A DNA stretch of 38,993 nucleotides from Chthoniobacter sp. Its GTDB lineage: Bacteria > Verrucomicrobiota > Verrucomicrobiia > Chthoniobacterales > Chthoniobacteraceae. The notes beneath the pieces were generated by a model. It did no database searches, was not told where the DNA came from, and saw only the letters and a program-made list of their open reading frames with translations. The position numbers and the translations under genes are program-made. The stretch spans positions 1-38,993 of the forward strand of contig JANXSB010000701.1 of NCBI GenBank assembly GCA_025352865.1, in the 5' to 3' direction. Positions 26,564 through 34,907 of this stretch are shown here, piece after piece. Every line of letters starts with the position of its first letter. The first letter of the stretch is position 1.

Positions 26564-27574
26564 ATGCACGTGCAACGCGCAGCGCTGACGGGAGTCCGCG
26601 AATTGGTCTTCGAAAATTTGGAAGTCGATGATGAAAACTTGGGCGACACCGCACTCTCGGCCCGCACTTTGTGCAGCGCGGTTTCTGTCGGCACCGAGGT
26701 CGCCGCGTACACCGGCCAGCCGCCGCTGCGGCCGGGGCCGGTCTATCCGCGGCGCGTCGGCTATTGCAATGTGGCGGCCGTCGGGCGTATCGGACGCGGC
26801 GTGGCGGGGATCGCGCCGGGCCGGCGAATCCTCACGCACCAGTCACACCAAAGCGGATTCGTCTGCGATCAGTCGGAAGTCCTCGCCGTGCTCGACGACG
26901 CCCTCAATCCCGACATCGCCGCCCTCGCGTACCTCGCGCAGCTCGGCTTGGCCGCGTTGCAAAAAGCCCGCTTCCAAACGGGTGAGACCGTCGCCGTCCT
27001 CGGGCTTGGCACCATCGGTCTCGCGACCAGCGGCGTGGTCCGTGCGCTCGGCGGACACGCGCTGGCGCTGGGCAATGACAGCTCGCGTCTGGCCAAATCC
27101 GCGCAACTCGGCGCGGCGTGCGGCTTCGATTCAGCCGACCGCGCACTGCCGGAAAAAATCGCCGCCGCGACCGGCGGACGCGGGCCCGATCTCATCGTGA
27201 CCACCGCCAACTCCTGGGCCGCATGGCAAACCGTCCTCGCGATTTCCCGGTTTCAAACCCGGATCGCCGTCCTCGGATTTCCCGGACGCTCCGAGGGCGC
27301 ACCCGCTTTCAACCCGCTCGACAGCGCGCATTTTTATGACAAGCAGCTCACCATTTTCGCCGCCGGTCTGACCGAGGACTCCTCCTCCGCGCCGGTCTCT
27401 CCGCTGCTCCGCGGCAACATCCGGTCCATCCTCGCCATGCTCGCCGATCACCGCCTCGATCTCGCGCCGCTCATCACCCACCGCGTGCCGTGGAACGAGC
27501 TGCCAGCCATCTACGAACGCGCCGCCAGCCATGACAAATCGCTCATCGGCGCGGTGCTGAACTGGGCCAGTTAG
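26564..27574 (+). CDS. Medium-chain dehydrogenase/reductase (zinc-ADH-like fold)
   Basis: SAVSVGTE, YP..VGY, GETVAVLGLGTIG, GRGPD, LITHRVP; canonical zinc-binding CHxD motif absent. Confidence 0.8.
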   Translation: MHVQRAALTGVRELVFENLEVDDENLGDTALSARTLCSAVSVGTEVAAYTGQPPLRPGPVYPRRVGYCNVAAVGRIGRGVAGIAPGRRILTHQSHQSGFVCDQSEVLAVLDDALNPDIAALAYLAQLGLAALQKARFQTGETVAVLGLGTIGLATSGVVRALGGHALALGNDSSRLAKSAQLGAACGFDSADRALPEKIAAATGGRGPDLIVTTANSWAAWQTVLAISRFQTRIAVLGFPGRSEGAPAFNPLDSAHFYDKQLTIFAAGLTEDSSSAPVSPLLRGNIRSILAMLADHRLDLAPLITHRVPWNELPAIYERAASHDKSLIGAVLNWAS

Positions 27575-27576
27575 AC

Positions 27577-28668
27577 GTGTCTGAAAATCCTGTAAAATTC
27601 GGCCTCATCGGCTGCGGCCACATGGGCGCGACGGCGGATGAAAAAGCCGCCCACTGGGCCATCGCGCGCCTCTGGCTGCCGCTCGCGCACGCCTCCGCCA
27701 TCGCCGCCGCAGAGGGCGCGGAACTCACCGCCGTGTGCGACGTGAAGGAAGCCACCGCGCGCCAGACGATGGAGCGCTACGGGGCGCGCGCCTTTTACAC
27801 CGACTACCGCGAGATGCTCGCGCGCGAACCGCTCGACGCCGTCGCCATCGCCACGCGAACGCCGGAGCGCAAAGCCGTCATCGAGGAATGTGTGCGCCGC
27901 GGAGTGCGCGCGCTGTTTTGCGAAAAGCCGCTCTGCCGCACGCTCGAAGACGCCGACGAACTCGTGGCGCTGCTGCGCGAAAACCGCGTCGCCTTTGTCT
28001 ATGGCACGCGCCGCCGTTTCATGCCGGTCTATGGCCGCGTGCAGCGCGAGATCGCCGCGGGTCGCATCGGCGCGGTGCAGAGCATCGTCGTCCGCTTCGG
28101 GCGCAGCCCATTGCTTTGGACGCATCCGCACACCGTCGATATCGCCAGTTTTTTCGCGGGCGACGCCGCGCCGGAATCCGTGCAGGCGGACCTGGAACTC
28201 GATCCCGCCGCGGTCAGCGCCCGCGAGGTGGACGCCGATCCGCTGGTGCGCTCGGCGACGATCCGCTTCACCAACGGGATCGTGGCGCATCTCATCGCCA
28301 GCGAATCCTTCGATGTCGAGATTGCGGGCACGAAAGGCATGGTCACGATCGAGAGCGACGGGGCCGCCGTCGTCTGGCGCACGCGCCTCGCCGACGGCGG
28401 GCCCGCCTTCGATCCCGGCCATCTTTTGCAGCACGAACGCGTGGAAAACACCGACACGGATTCCGGCACCGTCGAAAGCATCCGCGCGCTGCTCGCCGCG
28501 GTGCGCGGGCAGGGCGCGTCGCTTTATCCGCCGGAGCTGACGGTGCGAAATCTGGAGATTCTTTTCGCCATGGTGGAAAGCCACCTCGGCGATGGCCGGC
28601 GCGTGCGGTGGCCCATCGCGCGGCGCGGGCTGAAAATCACCGGCCGCTTTGGCAGCCTCTACCCCTAG
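27577..28668 (+). CDS. Gfo/Idh/MocA-family oxidoreductase
   Basis: FGLIGCGHMG, AVCD, YTDYREML, DAVAIAT, FCEKP, RRF.P, GRIG. Confidence 0.88.
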   Translation: MSENPVKFGLIGCGHMGATADEKAAHWAIARLWLPLAHASAIAAAEGAELTAVCDVKEATARQTMERYGARAFYTDYREMLAREPLDAVAIATRTPERKAVIEECVRRGVRALFCEKPLCRTLEDADELVALLRENRVAFVYGTRRRFMPVYGRVQREIAAGRIGAVQSIVVRFGRSPLLWTHPHTVDIASFFAGDAAPESVQADLELDPAAVSAREVDADPLVRSATIRFTNGIVAHLIASESFDVEIAGTKGMVTIESDGAAVVWRTRLADGGPAFDPGHLLQHERVENTDTDSGTVESIRALLAAVRGQGASLYPPELTVRNLEILFAMVESHLGDGRRVRWPIARRGLKITGRFGSLYP

Positions 28669-28675
28669 CGCCCGA

Positions 28676-30220
28676 ATGACGCTCAGCTCCCTTGCCCGAA
28701 AAATTCTAAGCCCGCGGCCGCGGCAGCCCGCCGGCGAAATGGCGCGCGTCTTTCTGCGCCGGCTGGCCGAGTGGCGGCAGATCACGCCGGAGCCACGCGG
28801 TGGTGGCCGGGCCGGGGTGCTGGTCACGCCGTGGCTGCGCAGCGCGGTGCCATTCTACAATCTAGAAATCGCGCTCGAACTCGCGCGACGCGGCGTGGAG
28901 GTGACGGTCTTTTGGGATGCCTCCGATGTTTTCGGCAATGCCTCCGGGCGCTCGGAAGTGGAAGACATCGGGCAACTGCTCGAACACCTCCCGCCGCATC
29001 TCACCGTGATCCGCGTGGATGATGACACTCCCTGTTCGGAGGCGGTTGAATCCGGACTGGCGGAATCCATCGTGCGCGAAAACGCCATTTGGAAAATGCG
29101 GGGCGAAGAGCGCGCGGATGATTTCATTGCAAGTAAGCCGGAGATTCGCGCGGCATCCGAGGCGCACCTCGGACGCGTTCAGCGTTTGCTGCGCACCAAC
29201 GCGGTTGACTGGCTGCTCGTGCCCGGCGGAATCTACGGACTAAGTGCCGCCTATCTGGCCATCGCCCGCAAGCTGGGGATGGGTGTCTCCACCTACGATT
29301 CGGACCCAGGCATGCTCATGACCGCCCATAACGGTGCCGCCGCCCATCATGCCGACATGGCCCGCGTGTTTGCCCAGTTGCAGACCGAGTTCGTGGATCG
29401 TCCGTGGGAGTTGGAAGGTCTCGTGGAAGGCTCGCGGGCGGAACTGGCCAAGCGCCAGGCGGGAGTATCGACCCTTTTTCAATTCCAAAAGGTCGCCGCG
29501 ATTAATGTCGCGACGAGTGACTGCAACATTCTCGTGCCGCTCAATCTGCGCTGGGACTCGGCGTCTCTCTCGCGGCAGCGGCTATTTCCGAGCGTCTCCG
29601 AATGGCTGTCGCAACTGATCCAGTGGGTGGAGCGGACTCCGGCCGCGCGGCTCTGTCTGCGTCAGCATCCCTGCGAGCGCTTCGATGAAATCCGCGGGTC
29701 GGATGACGTGCGGCCTTTGATCGAAGCGGCGGGGGATTCCGCGCGCCGGCGGATTACCTTTGTCGGCGCCGATGACCCGTGTAACACCTATGATCTTATG
29801 CGGACGGCGAGGGTCGTCCTGCCCTTTACATCCACCCTTGGCGTGGAGGCTATCATGCTCGGGATTTCGGTGGTGACTTCGACTAACTGCTATTATGCGG
29901 ACCTTGGCTTTGTCTGGAATGCCCGGACGGTCGGCGAGTATTTCGATCTTATCGGACAAGCCATCGAAGGCCGGCTCACCGTGGACGACAAGGCGCAGCG
30001 TGGGGCCGCACTCACCTATGGGCTCACGCAAAACTGGGCTCAAATAAAAACGATGTTCACCCCTGCGCCACCCGACTTTCCCAAATGGACGGCGCTCCAC
30101 CCGCGGGAACTCTGGAGCCTCGAAGAAACCGCCGACATGATGAAGGCGCTGATCACGCGAGTGCCTCTCAGTTACCTTCGTTATCGCCGCTCCTCGCCGG
30201 TGACGGGCGCCCAGCCATGA
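28676..30220 (+). CDS. Capsule-biosynthesis (KpsS-like) GT-B protein
   Basis: LVPLNLRWDSA, F.SVSEWL, LRQHPCE, NTYDL, FTSTLGVEAIMLG. Confidence 0.55.
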   Translation: MTLSSLARKILSPRPRQPAGEMARVFLRRLAEWRQITPEPRGGGRAGVLVTPWLRSAVPFYNLEIALELARRGVEVTVFWDASDVFGNASGRSEVEDIGQLLEHLPPHLTVIRVDDDTPCSEAVESGLAESIVRENAIWKMRGEERADDFIASKPEIRAASEAHLGRVQRLLRTNAVDWLLVPGGIYGLSAAYLAIARKLGMGVSTYDSDPGMLMTAHNGAAAHHADMARVFAQLQTEFVDRPWELEGLVEGSRAELAKRQAGVSTLFQFQKVAAINVATSDCNILVPLNLRWDSASLSRQRLFPSVSEWLSQLIQWVERTPAARLCLRQHPCERFDEIRGSDDVRPLIEAAGDSARRRITFVGADDPCNTYDLMRTARVVLPFTSTLGVEAIMLGISVVTSTNCYYADLGFVWNARTVGEYFDLIGQAIEGRLTVDDKAQRGAALTYGLTQNWAQIKTMFTPAPPDFPKWTALHPRELWSLEETADMMKALITRVPLSYLRYRRSSPVTGAQP

Positions 30221-30933
30221 TCCGCCGTCTCATTGACTATGGGTGTCAGGCGTGGAGCAGGCATCGGAGGCGGAGGATGTCCGCGTTTTATCGGAAGCTG
30301 TACGTCGGATCAGGCTCCTCCATTGATGCCTCGGTCCAGGTCTATGGGTGGCAGAATGTAAGGATCGGCCGGGCGACGATTCTCTGCGAGGAAACGCTCA
30401 TCAATGCCATGAACCGTGAGACTGAGGAAGTTACCCTTTCGATCGGAGATCACTGTTTCATCGGACGGCGCAACTATTTCAACACGGGCCATGACATCCG
30501 AGTGGGTGACTATTGCCTGACTGCGAATGACTGCCAGTTCCTTGGGTCCGATCACAATATCCAGTCGCCGTTGGTCCCTTACTTGGTGAGCGGGGCGGTT
30601 GTGGACAAGTCCATCGTGCTCGGGCCGAACTGCTGGCTCGGGCAGGGGGTGACGGTGCTCAAAGGCATCAGCATCGGTTACGGCTCCGTGATCGGCGCGA
30701 GGACTGTGGTCACGTCGAGCGTTCCTCCGCTCAGCATCGTGGTCGGTCATCCGGGGCGCATCATCAAACGCTTCAGCCTGCCGCGTCAGGTGTGGGTTCC
30801 GGTCGAGGAGTTCACTGCCGGGGACGAAGCGGCCTTGCCGTCGGAGGAGGAATACCTCGCACAACTCCGGCGCACGCATCCCTCGGTGAGAGGCCCATTG
30901 ATCGGGAGCAGTAAGGAGTTTGGCGACTACTAA
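30217..30933 (+). CDS. Hexapeptide-repeat (LbH) acyltransferase
   Basis: LSIGDHCFIG, IRVGDYC, SDH, IVLGPNCWLG..V.VLKG..IG.GSVIGA..VVT, VVGHPGR; ATGA overlap. Confidence 0.88.
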   Translation: MIRRLIDYGCQAWSRHRRRRMSAFYRKLYVGSGSSIDASVQVYGWQNVRIGRATILCEETLINAMNRETEEVTLSIGDHCFIGRRNYFNTGHDIRVGDYCLTANDCQFLGSDHNIQSPLVPYLVSGAVVDKSIVLGPNCWLGQGVTVLKGISIGYGSVIGARTVVTSSVPPLSIVVGHPGRIIKRFSLPRQVWVPVEEFTAGDEAALPSEEEYLAQLRRTHPSVRGPLIGSSKEFGDY

Positions 30934-30939
30934 ACGGGC

Positions 30940-31557
30940 ATGCTGAATAAGAACTGGTTCAGAAACAAATTCTGGCGGCAAGTCCTCGAACTGGCCACGC
31001 CCGAGGGTGCCTCATCCTATCGCGATTTCACCTTTAAGAACTGGTGCCTGCGCCGGCTCGGTGCGCGCGTGGGTGAGAACGTCGCCGTGGGTCGCAGGTT
31101 TGATTGCCTGCTTCATTTGCTGTCAGCACTCCACATCGATAACCATGTCAATATCTCGAACGACGTGGCGATCTACGCCTTTGGAAAGGTATCCATTGGT
31201 TCCTTTACCGCGATTGCCTCGCATTGCGTCTTTACCAATGGCACGCACGACATCTCCACCCATCAGCCCAAGGCGGGCCGACTCGTCATTGGGCGCGGGG
31301 TTTTCATTGGTCTCGGAGCGCGGATCATCGGGCCGGTGACGATCGGCGACAATGCCTTGATCGCCGCCGGCGCGACGGTGATCTCCGATGTCCCCGAAGG
31401 CATGGTCATGGCCGGCAATCCGGCCAAGTGCATTGGCCGCCGCCCGCTGGCCAAGCGGGTGTGGCATTTCCCCGATCTTTGGTACGACCCTTCCACCTTC
31501 ACGCTCATCGACAACCCAGCCGGTGAAGCGCAGCCGCTTCCGCAAAATGAACCCTAG
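30940..31557 (+). CDS. Hexapeptide-repeat (LbH) acyltransferase
   Basis: LGARVGENV, VSIGSF, NGTHD, VIGRGVFIG, VTIGDNALIAAGA.V..DVP, AGNPAK. Confidence 0.88.
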   Translation: MLNKNWFRNKFWRQVLELATPEGASSYRDFTFKNWCLRRLGARVGENVAVGRRFDCLLHLLSALHIDNHVNISNDVAIYAFGKVSIGSFTAIASHCVFTNGTHDISTHQPKAGRLVIGRGVFIGLGARIIGPVTIGDNALIAAGATVISDVPEGMVMAGNPAKCIGRRPLAKRVWHFPDLWYDPSTFTLIDNPAGEAQPLPQNEP

Positions 31558-32551
31558 GAAAATCGTCATCATCGGCAACGGCAAGATGGCGGTCGATTGC
31601 GCGCAGATCATCCTGCGGGCGATTGAGGCTGGCGCGCGGGACTGGCAGTTGGCATTCGTCGCGATTGATAGCTCTCGCGGTGTCTCGACGGAGGCTCTGG
31701 AAAAGTTTTGCACAGACGCCGACCTGCCCTTTGCATGCGTCGCAAAAATCAACGCGCCCGATTTCCTCGAGCGGATGCGCGCTCTCGCGCCGGACCTTAT
31801 TTTTAGCATCAATAATTTTCAGCTCATCCGTGAAGCCCTGCTCGCGGTGCCCGCGGGTGGCATCATCAATTTCCACAACGCGCCGCTGCCGAAATACGCA
31901 GGGTCGAACGCCTGCACCTGGGCGATCTATCATGGCGAAGTAACTCACGGAGTTAGCTGGCACTATGTCGATACTGGCATCGACAGCGGCGACATCATTG
32001 CCCAATCGCAATTTGAAATTCCCGACAACTGCACGGCCATGCGTTTGATTATGACCTGTCTGGTCGAAGGTGCCCGTCTTTTTGCAGCCACGCTGCCAGC
32101 CATTCTGCGCGGTGATGCTCCGCGGTTGCCACAGGATCGCGTTGAGCGGAGTTTTTTCCCGATGCGGGAGGCGCCGAACGCCGGGCGAATGTTACTGGAT
32201 TGGGACTTCGCGACGTTGTCGCGCTTTGTGCGGAGTCTCCATTTCCATCCTTTCTGCAATGACGTGGCGTTTCCCACGATGGGTTGTGACGGGCGGTTTT
32301 TCCGGGTCGATGAAATTGCGCTCGTGGCCCCGGAGCGGCGCGGGGAGATTGGTGAAGTCCTTGAGATCACCGACCGCCTCTGCCATTTCCAATGCGGCGA
32401 CGCTGTGGTCAGCCTCGCCAGGTTCCGAGACCTAGGAGGGCGTGCGCTAAAATTCCAGAACCTTGCAGATGACTACGCCGTGCGTCCTGGGTCGCTGCTT
32501 GCCGGAGTCGGCGGCAAATCCGGGACGCTGAGTTGCGGTCTGCAGAATTGA
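31547..32551 (+). CDS. Fmt-like formyltransferase with C-terminal domain
   Basis: PDLIFSINN, IINFHNAPLPKYAG (NxH), HGVSWHYVDTGIDSGDII, FVRSL.F.P, C-terminal GEV....CGD segment. Confidence 0.85.
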   Translation: MNPRKIVIIGNGKMAVDCAQIILRAIEAGARDWQLAFVAIDSSRGVSTEALEKFCTDADLPFACVAKINAPDFLERMRALAPDLIFSINNFQLIREALLAVPAGGIINFHNAPLPKYAGSNACTWAIYHGEVTHGVSWHYVDTGIDSGDIIAQSQFEIPDNCTAMRLIMTCLVEGARLFAATLPAILRGDAPRLPQDRVERSFFPMREAPNAGRMLLDWDFATLSRFVRSLHFHPFCNDVAFPTMGCDGRFFRVDEIALVAPERRGEIGEVLEITDRLCHFQCGDAVVSLARFRDLGGRALKFQNLADDYAVRPGSLLAGVGGKSGTLSCGLQN

Positions 32552-32558
32552 ATCATCC

Positions 32559-32798
32559 ATGAAAAATCCTACCGAAAGACTTGTTGAGGTTTTTGTCAGC
32601 GTCCTCGCGCTGCCACCCGGGACCGATCCCGCCAGCATCCGCCGGAGTTCCATTGCGTCGTGGGATTCGCTCGTTCAGATCACCTTGATCACGGCGGTCG
32701 AGACTGAGTTTGGCGTGATGTTCGATGCCGATGAGTACGCGACCATCACCTCCTGCGAGAGCGTGGCGGAGTTACTAAAGAAAAAAGGCCTCCTTTAA
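32559..32798 (+). CDS. Acyl carrier protein
   Basis: 79 aa, WDSL phosphopantetheine Ser motif, LITAVETEFGV. Confidence 0.9.
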   Translation: MKNPTERLVEVFVSVLALPPGTDPASIRRSSIASWDSLVQITLITAVETEFGVMFDADEYATITSCESVAELLKKKGLL

Positions 32799-32803
32799 CC
32801 GCC

Positions 32804-33997
32804 ATGACCCTCACCGTTCCATTGCCTGCCGGCCTGACCGACGCGGATTTTGACAACCTGCAAAATCTCCTCGGTTATGTCAGCGCAGACGTCGTCAGTT
32901 TCCGCATCGACCGACCGGCGAGCCATGTGGAGCTTTCCGTTCGCGAGACGGCCGACCGTCAGAACCTCGAGGAAAAGATCGCGCAGCTCGTTCGGAAAGT
33001 GCGTCCGCTCAGACCGGGACAGAATGTTAGCAGCGTGGCGGATCGCCTCGCGGAAACCGCCCCCTGCAGTGAGGATGTCTTCCGGCAACTCGTCGAAAGA
33101 CGCGAAGTCATCGAGCACGCACCGGGCATCTTTTCCCTCCACGGAAAGTTGCAACGCATGTTTCGGCGGCTCGATGAAAGCATGCGGCAATACGCGCTGG
33201 AACAGGGCGCGGAGGAAGTGACCTATCCGGTGACGATCCCGTTGGGCACCTTGCAGAAGAGTAAGTTCTTCTCGCATTACCCCCAGTTCGCGAACTTCAT
33301 CTCCGTGCTCGAATCCGACACCGATAACATCTCCGCCGCCGCTAAGAAGCTGTCAGCCCCCGAAGCGCTCGATTTTTTGCAGCATCTGAAACTGCCCTCC
33401 TGCATGTGCCGGTCGGCGGGTTGCCTGCATGCCTATCCCTCGTATGAAGGCCAGGTGTTTGCCGCGGATCAGACGGTCTCCATCACGATGATGGGACGCA
33501 TGTTTCGCAACGAAGCCGCCAACATCTCCGGCCTCGAACGCCTCCACGAATACAGCATGCGCGAGATTATTTTTCTCGGTTCGCCACAGTTCGTGCGCGC
33601 AGGGCTGGCCGGCTGCCTCGAGTGGTGCAAAGCCTATCTGCTGCATTTTGAAATGCAGGGTGTTATCCAGACGGCGAACGATCCCTTCTTTGCCGACAAC
33701 CTCGCCGCGCTCCAGTTCTTCCAGCGGTCCGAGCAAAGCAAATATGAGTTCCGGCTGATTAATCCATTCACCGGCAACAGCATTTCCGCAGCCTCGGTCA
33801 ACATGCACGCCGAGCACTTTTCCAAGGCCCATGACATTAAATTTCCCAGCGGCGACTATATCCAGACCGGCTGCTTCGGCGTCGGCTTTGAACGCATCCT
33901 TTTCCTGACCCTGGCGCAGTTTGGCTATGACGAGGCGAAGTGGCCGGCGGCGCTTCGGGAGTTTTACTTCGGACCCACGGTGCGTTCGCTGCCCTAA
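32804..33997 (+). CDS. Amino acid:[carrier protein] ligase (atypical SerRS paralog, class II aaRS fold)
   Basis: SAGCLHAYP, motif 2 FRNE...LERL.EYSMREIIFLG, ANDPFF, KYE, SVNMH..HF, motif 3 TGCFGVGFER; 5 nt downstream of an ACP. Confidence 0.8.
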   Translation: MTLTVPLPAGLTDADFDNLQNLLGYVSADVVSFRIDRPASHVELSVRETADRQNLEEKIAQLVRKVRPLRPGQNVSSVADRLAETAPCSEDVFRQLVERREVIEHAPGIFSLHGKLQRMFRRLDESMRQYALEQGAEEVTYPVTIPLGTLQKSKFFSHYPQFANFISVLESDTDNISAAAKKLSAPEALDFLQHLKLPSCMCRSAGCLHAYPSYEGQVFAADQTVSITMMGRMFRNEAANISGLERLHEYSMREIIFLGSPQFVRAGLAGCLEWCKAYLLHFEMQGVIQTANDPFFADNLAALQFFQRSEQSKYEFRLINPFTGNSISAASVNMHAEHFSKAHDIKFPSGDYIQTGCFGVGFERILFLTLAQFGYDEAKWPAALREFYFGPTVRSLP

Positions 33998-33998
33998 G

Positions 33999-34907
33999 AT
34001 GAAATCACTCATTCAGCGTTGGAATGACCGGCTGGCACAATTGGAGTCGTGCGCGCAAGGCATCGTGCGTCTGCTGCGCACCGGCTTGCGGATGCAGGAG
34101 GCGCTCGGGCGGATCGAGGCGCGGCAGCTCGCGGCGCTCGGGGCGAGCGAGCTTTCCGCGAACGAGTTCCAAGTACACTCGCAATGGGGCGAGGATGGCA
34201 TCTTGCAACATCTGCTGCGGCATGTGCCGGTGGCGCGGAAAGTTTTCGTGGAGTTCGGAGTCGAGGATTACACCGAGGCGAACACGCGTTTCCTGCTGAC
34301 GCACGATAACTGGAGCGGTCTGATTCTCGATGGCAGCGGGGATAACATGCGTGCGGTGATGCGCGATCCGATCTACTGGCGGCATAACCTCAAGGCGGTG
34401 CCGGCCTTTGTGACCCGCGAGAATATCAACGGCCTATTGCGCGAGAACGGGCTGACCGGTGAGATAGGTCTGCTTTCGATCGACGTGGACGGCAATGACT
34501 ACTGGATTTGGGAAACTATCGACGCGGTCAATCCGGCCCTCGTCGTCGTGGAATACAACGCGCGGTTCGGGCCGGAGCGGGCGGTGACGGTGCCTTATGA
34601 TCCGACCTTTGTCCGGGCGAAGGCGCATCATTCGATGATCTATTACGGGGCTTCGCTCGCGGCGCTCGTCGCGCTCGGGCGGCGCAAGGGCTACGACTTC
34701 GTCGGCGCGAACAGCGCGGGAAACAATGCGTTCTTCGTCCGGCGGGATTTGCGTCCGGCCACGCTTCCCGCGTGCTCGGCGGCGGAAGGTTACATGCCCT
34801 GCCAGTTTCGCGAGTCACGCGATGAGAGTGGCAGATTGGTTTTCCTTTCCGCAGCGGAAGAGGCCGCGATTCTCTCGCAGTTGCCGCTCGCGGAGATCCC
34901 GCAATGA
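33999..34907 (+). CDS. FkbM-related methyltransferase-like protein
   Basis: SQWGEDGIL, FVEFG, W.GL..DG, FVTRENIN, LLSIDVDGNDYW, VVEYN, YGASL, NAFFVR. Confidence 0.65.
   Translation: MKSLIQRWNDRLAQLESCAQGIVRLLRTGLRMQEALGRIEARQLAALGASELSANEFQVHSQWGEDGILQHLLRHVPVARKVFVEFGVEDYTEANTRFLLTHDNWSGLILDGSGDNMRAVMRDPIYWRHNLKAVPAFVTRENINGLLRENGLTGEIGLLSIDVDGNDYWIWETIDAVNPALVVVEYNARFGPERAVTVPYDPTFVRAKAHHSMIYYGASLAALVALGRRKGYDFVGANSAGNNAFFVRRDLRPATLPACSAAEGYMPCQFRESRDESGRLVFLSAAEEAAILSQLPLAEIPQ

Noticed and set aside
31547-32551. Housekeeping methionyl-tRNA formyltransferase (fmt)
   Set aside because: Lacks FMGTP and HxSLLP.RG signatures, no def nearby, embedded in a glycan operon
32804-33997. Housekeeping seryl-tRNA synthetase
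   Set aside because: No bacterial SerRS coiled-coil arm or TAE motif; ANDPFF signature and adjacent ACP fit the carrier-protein ligases
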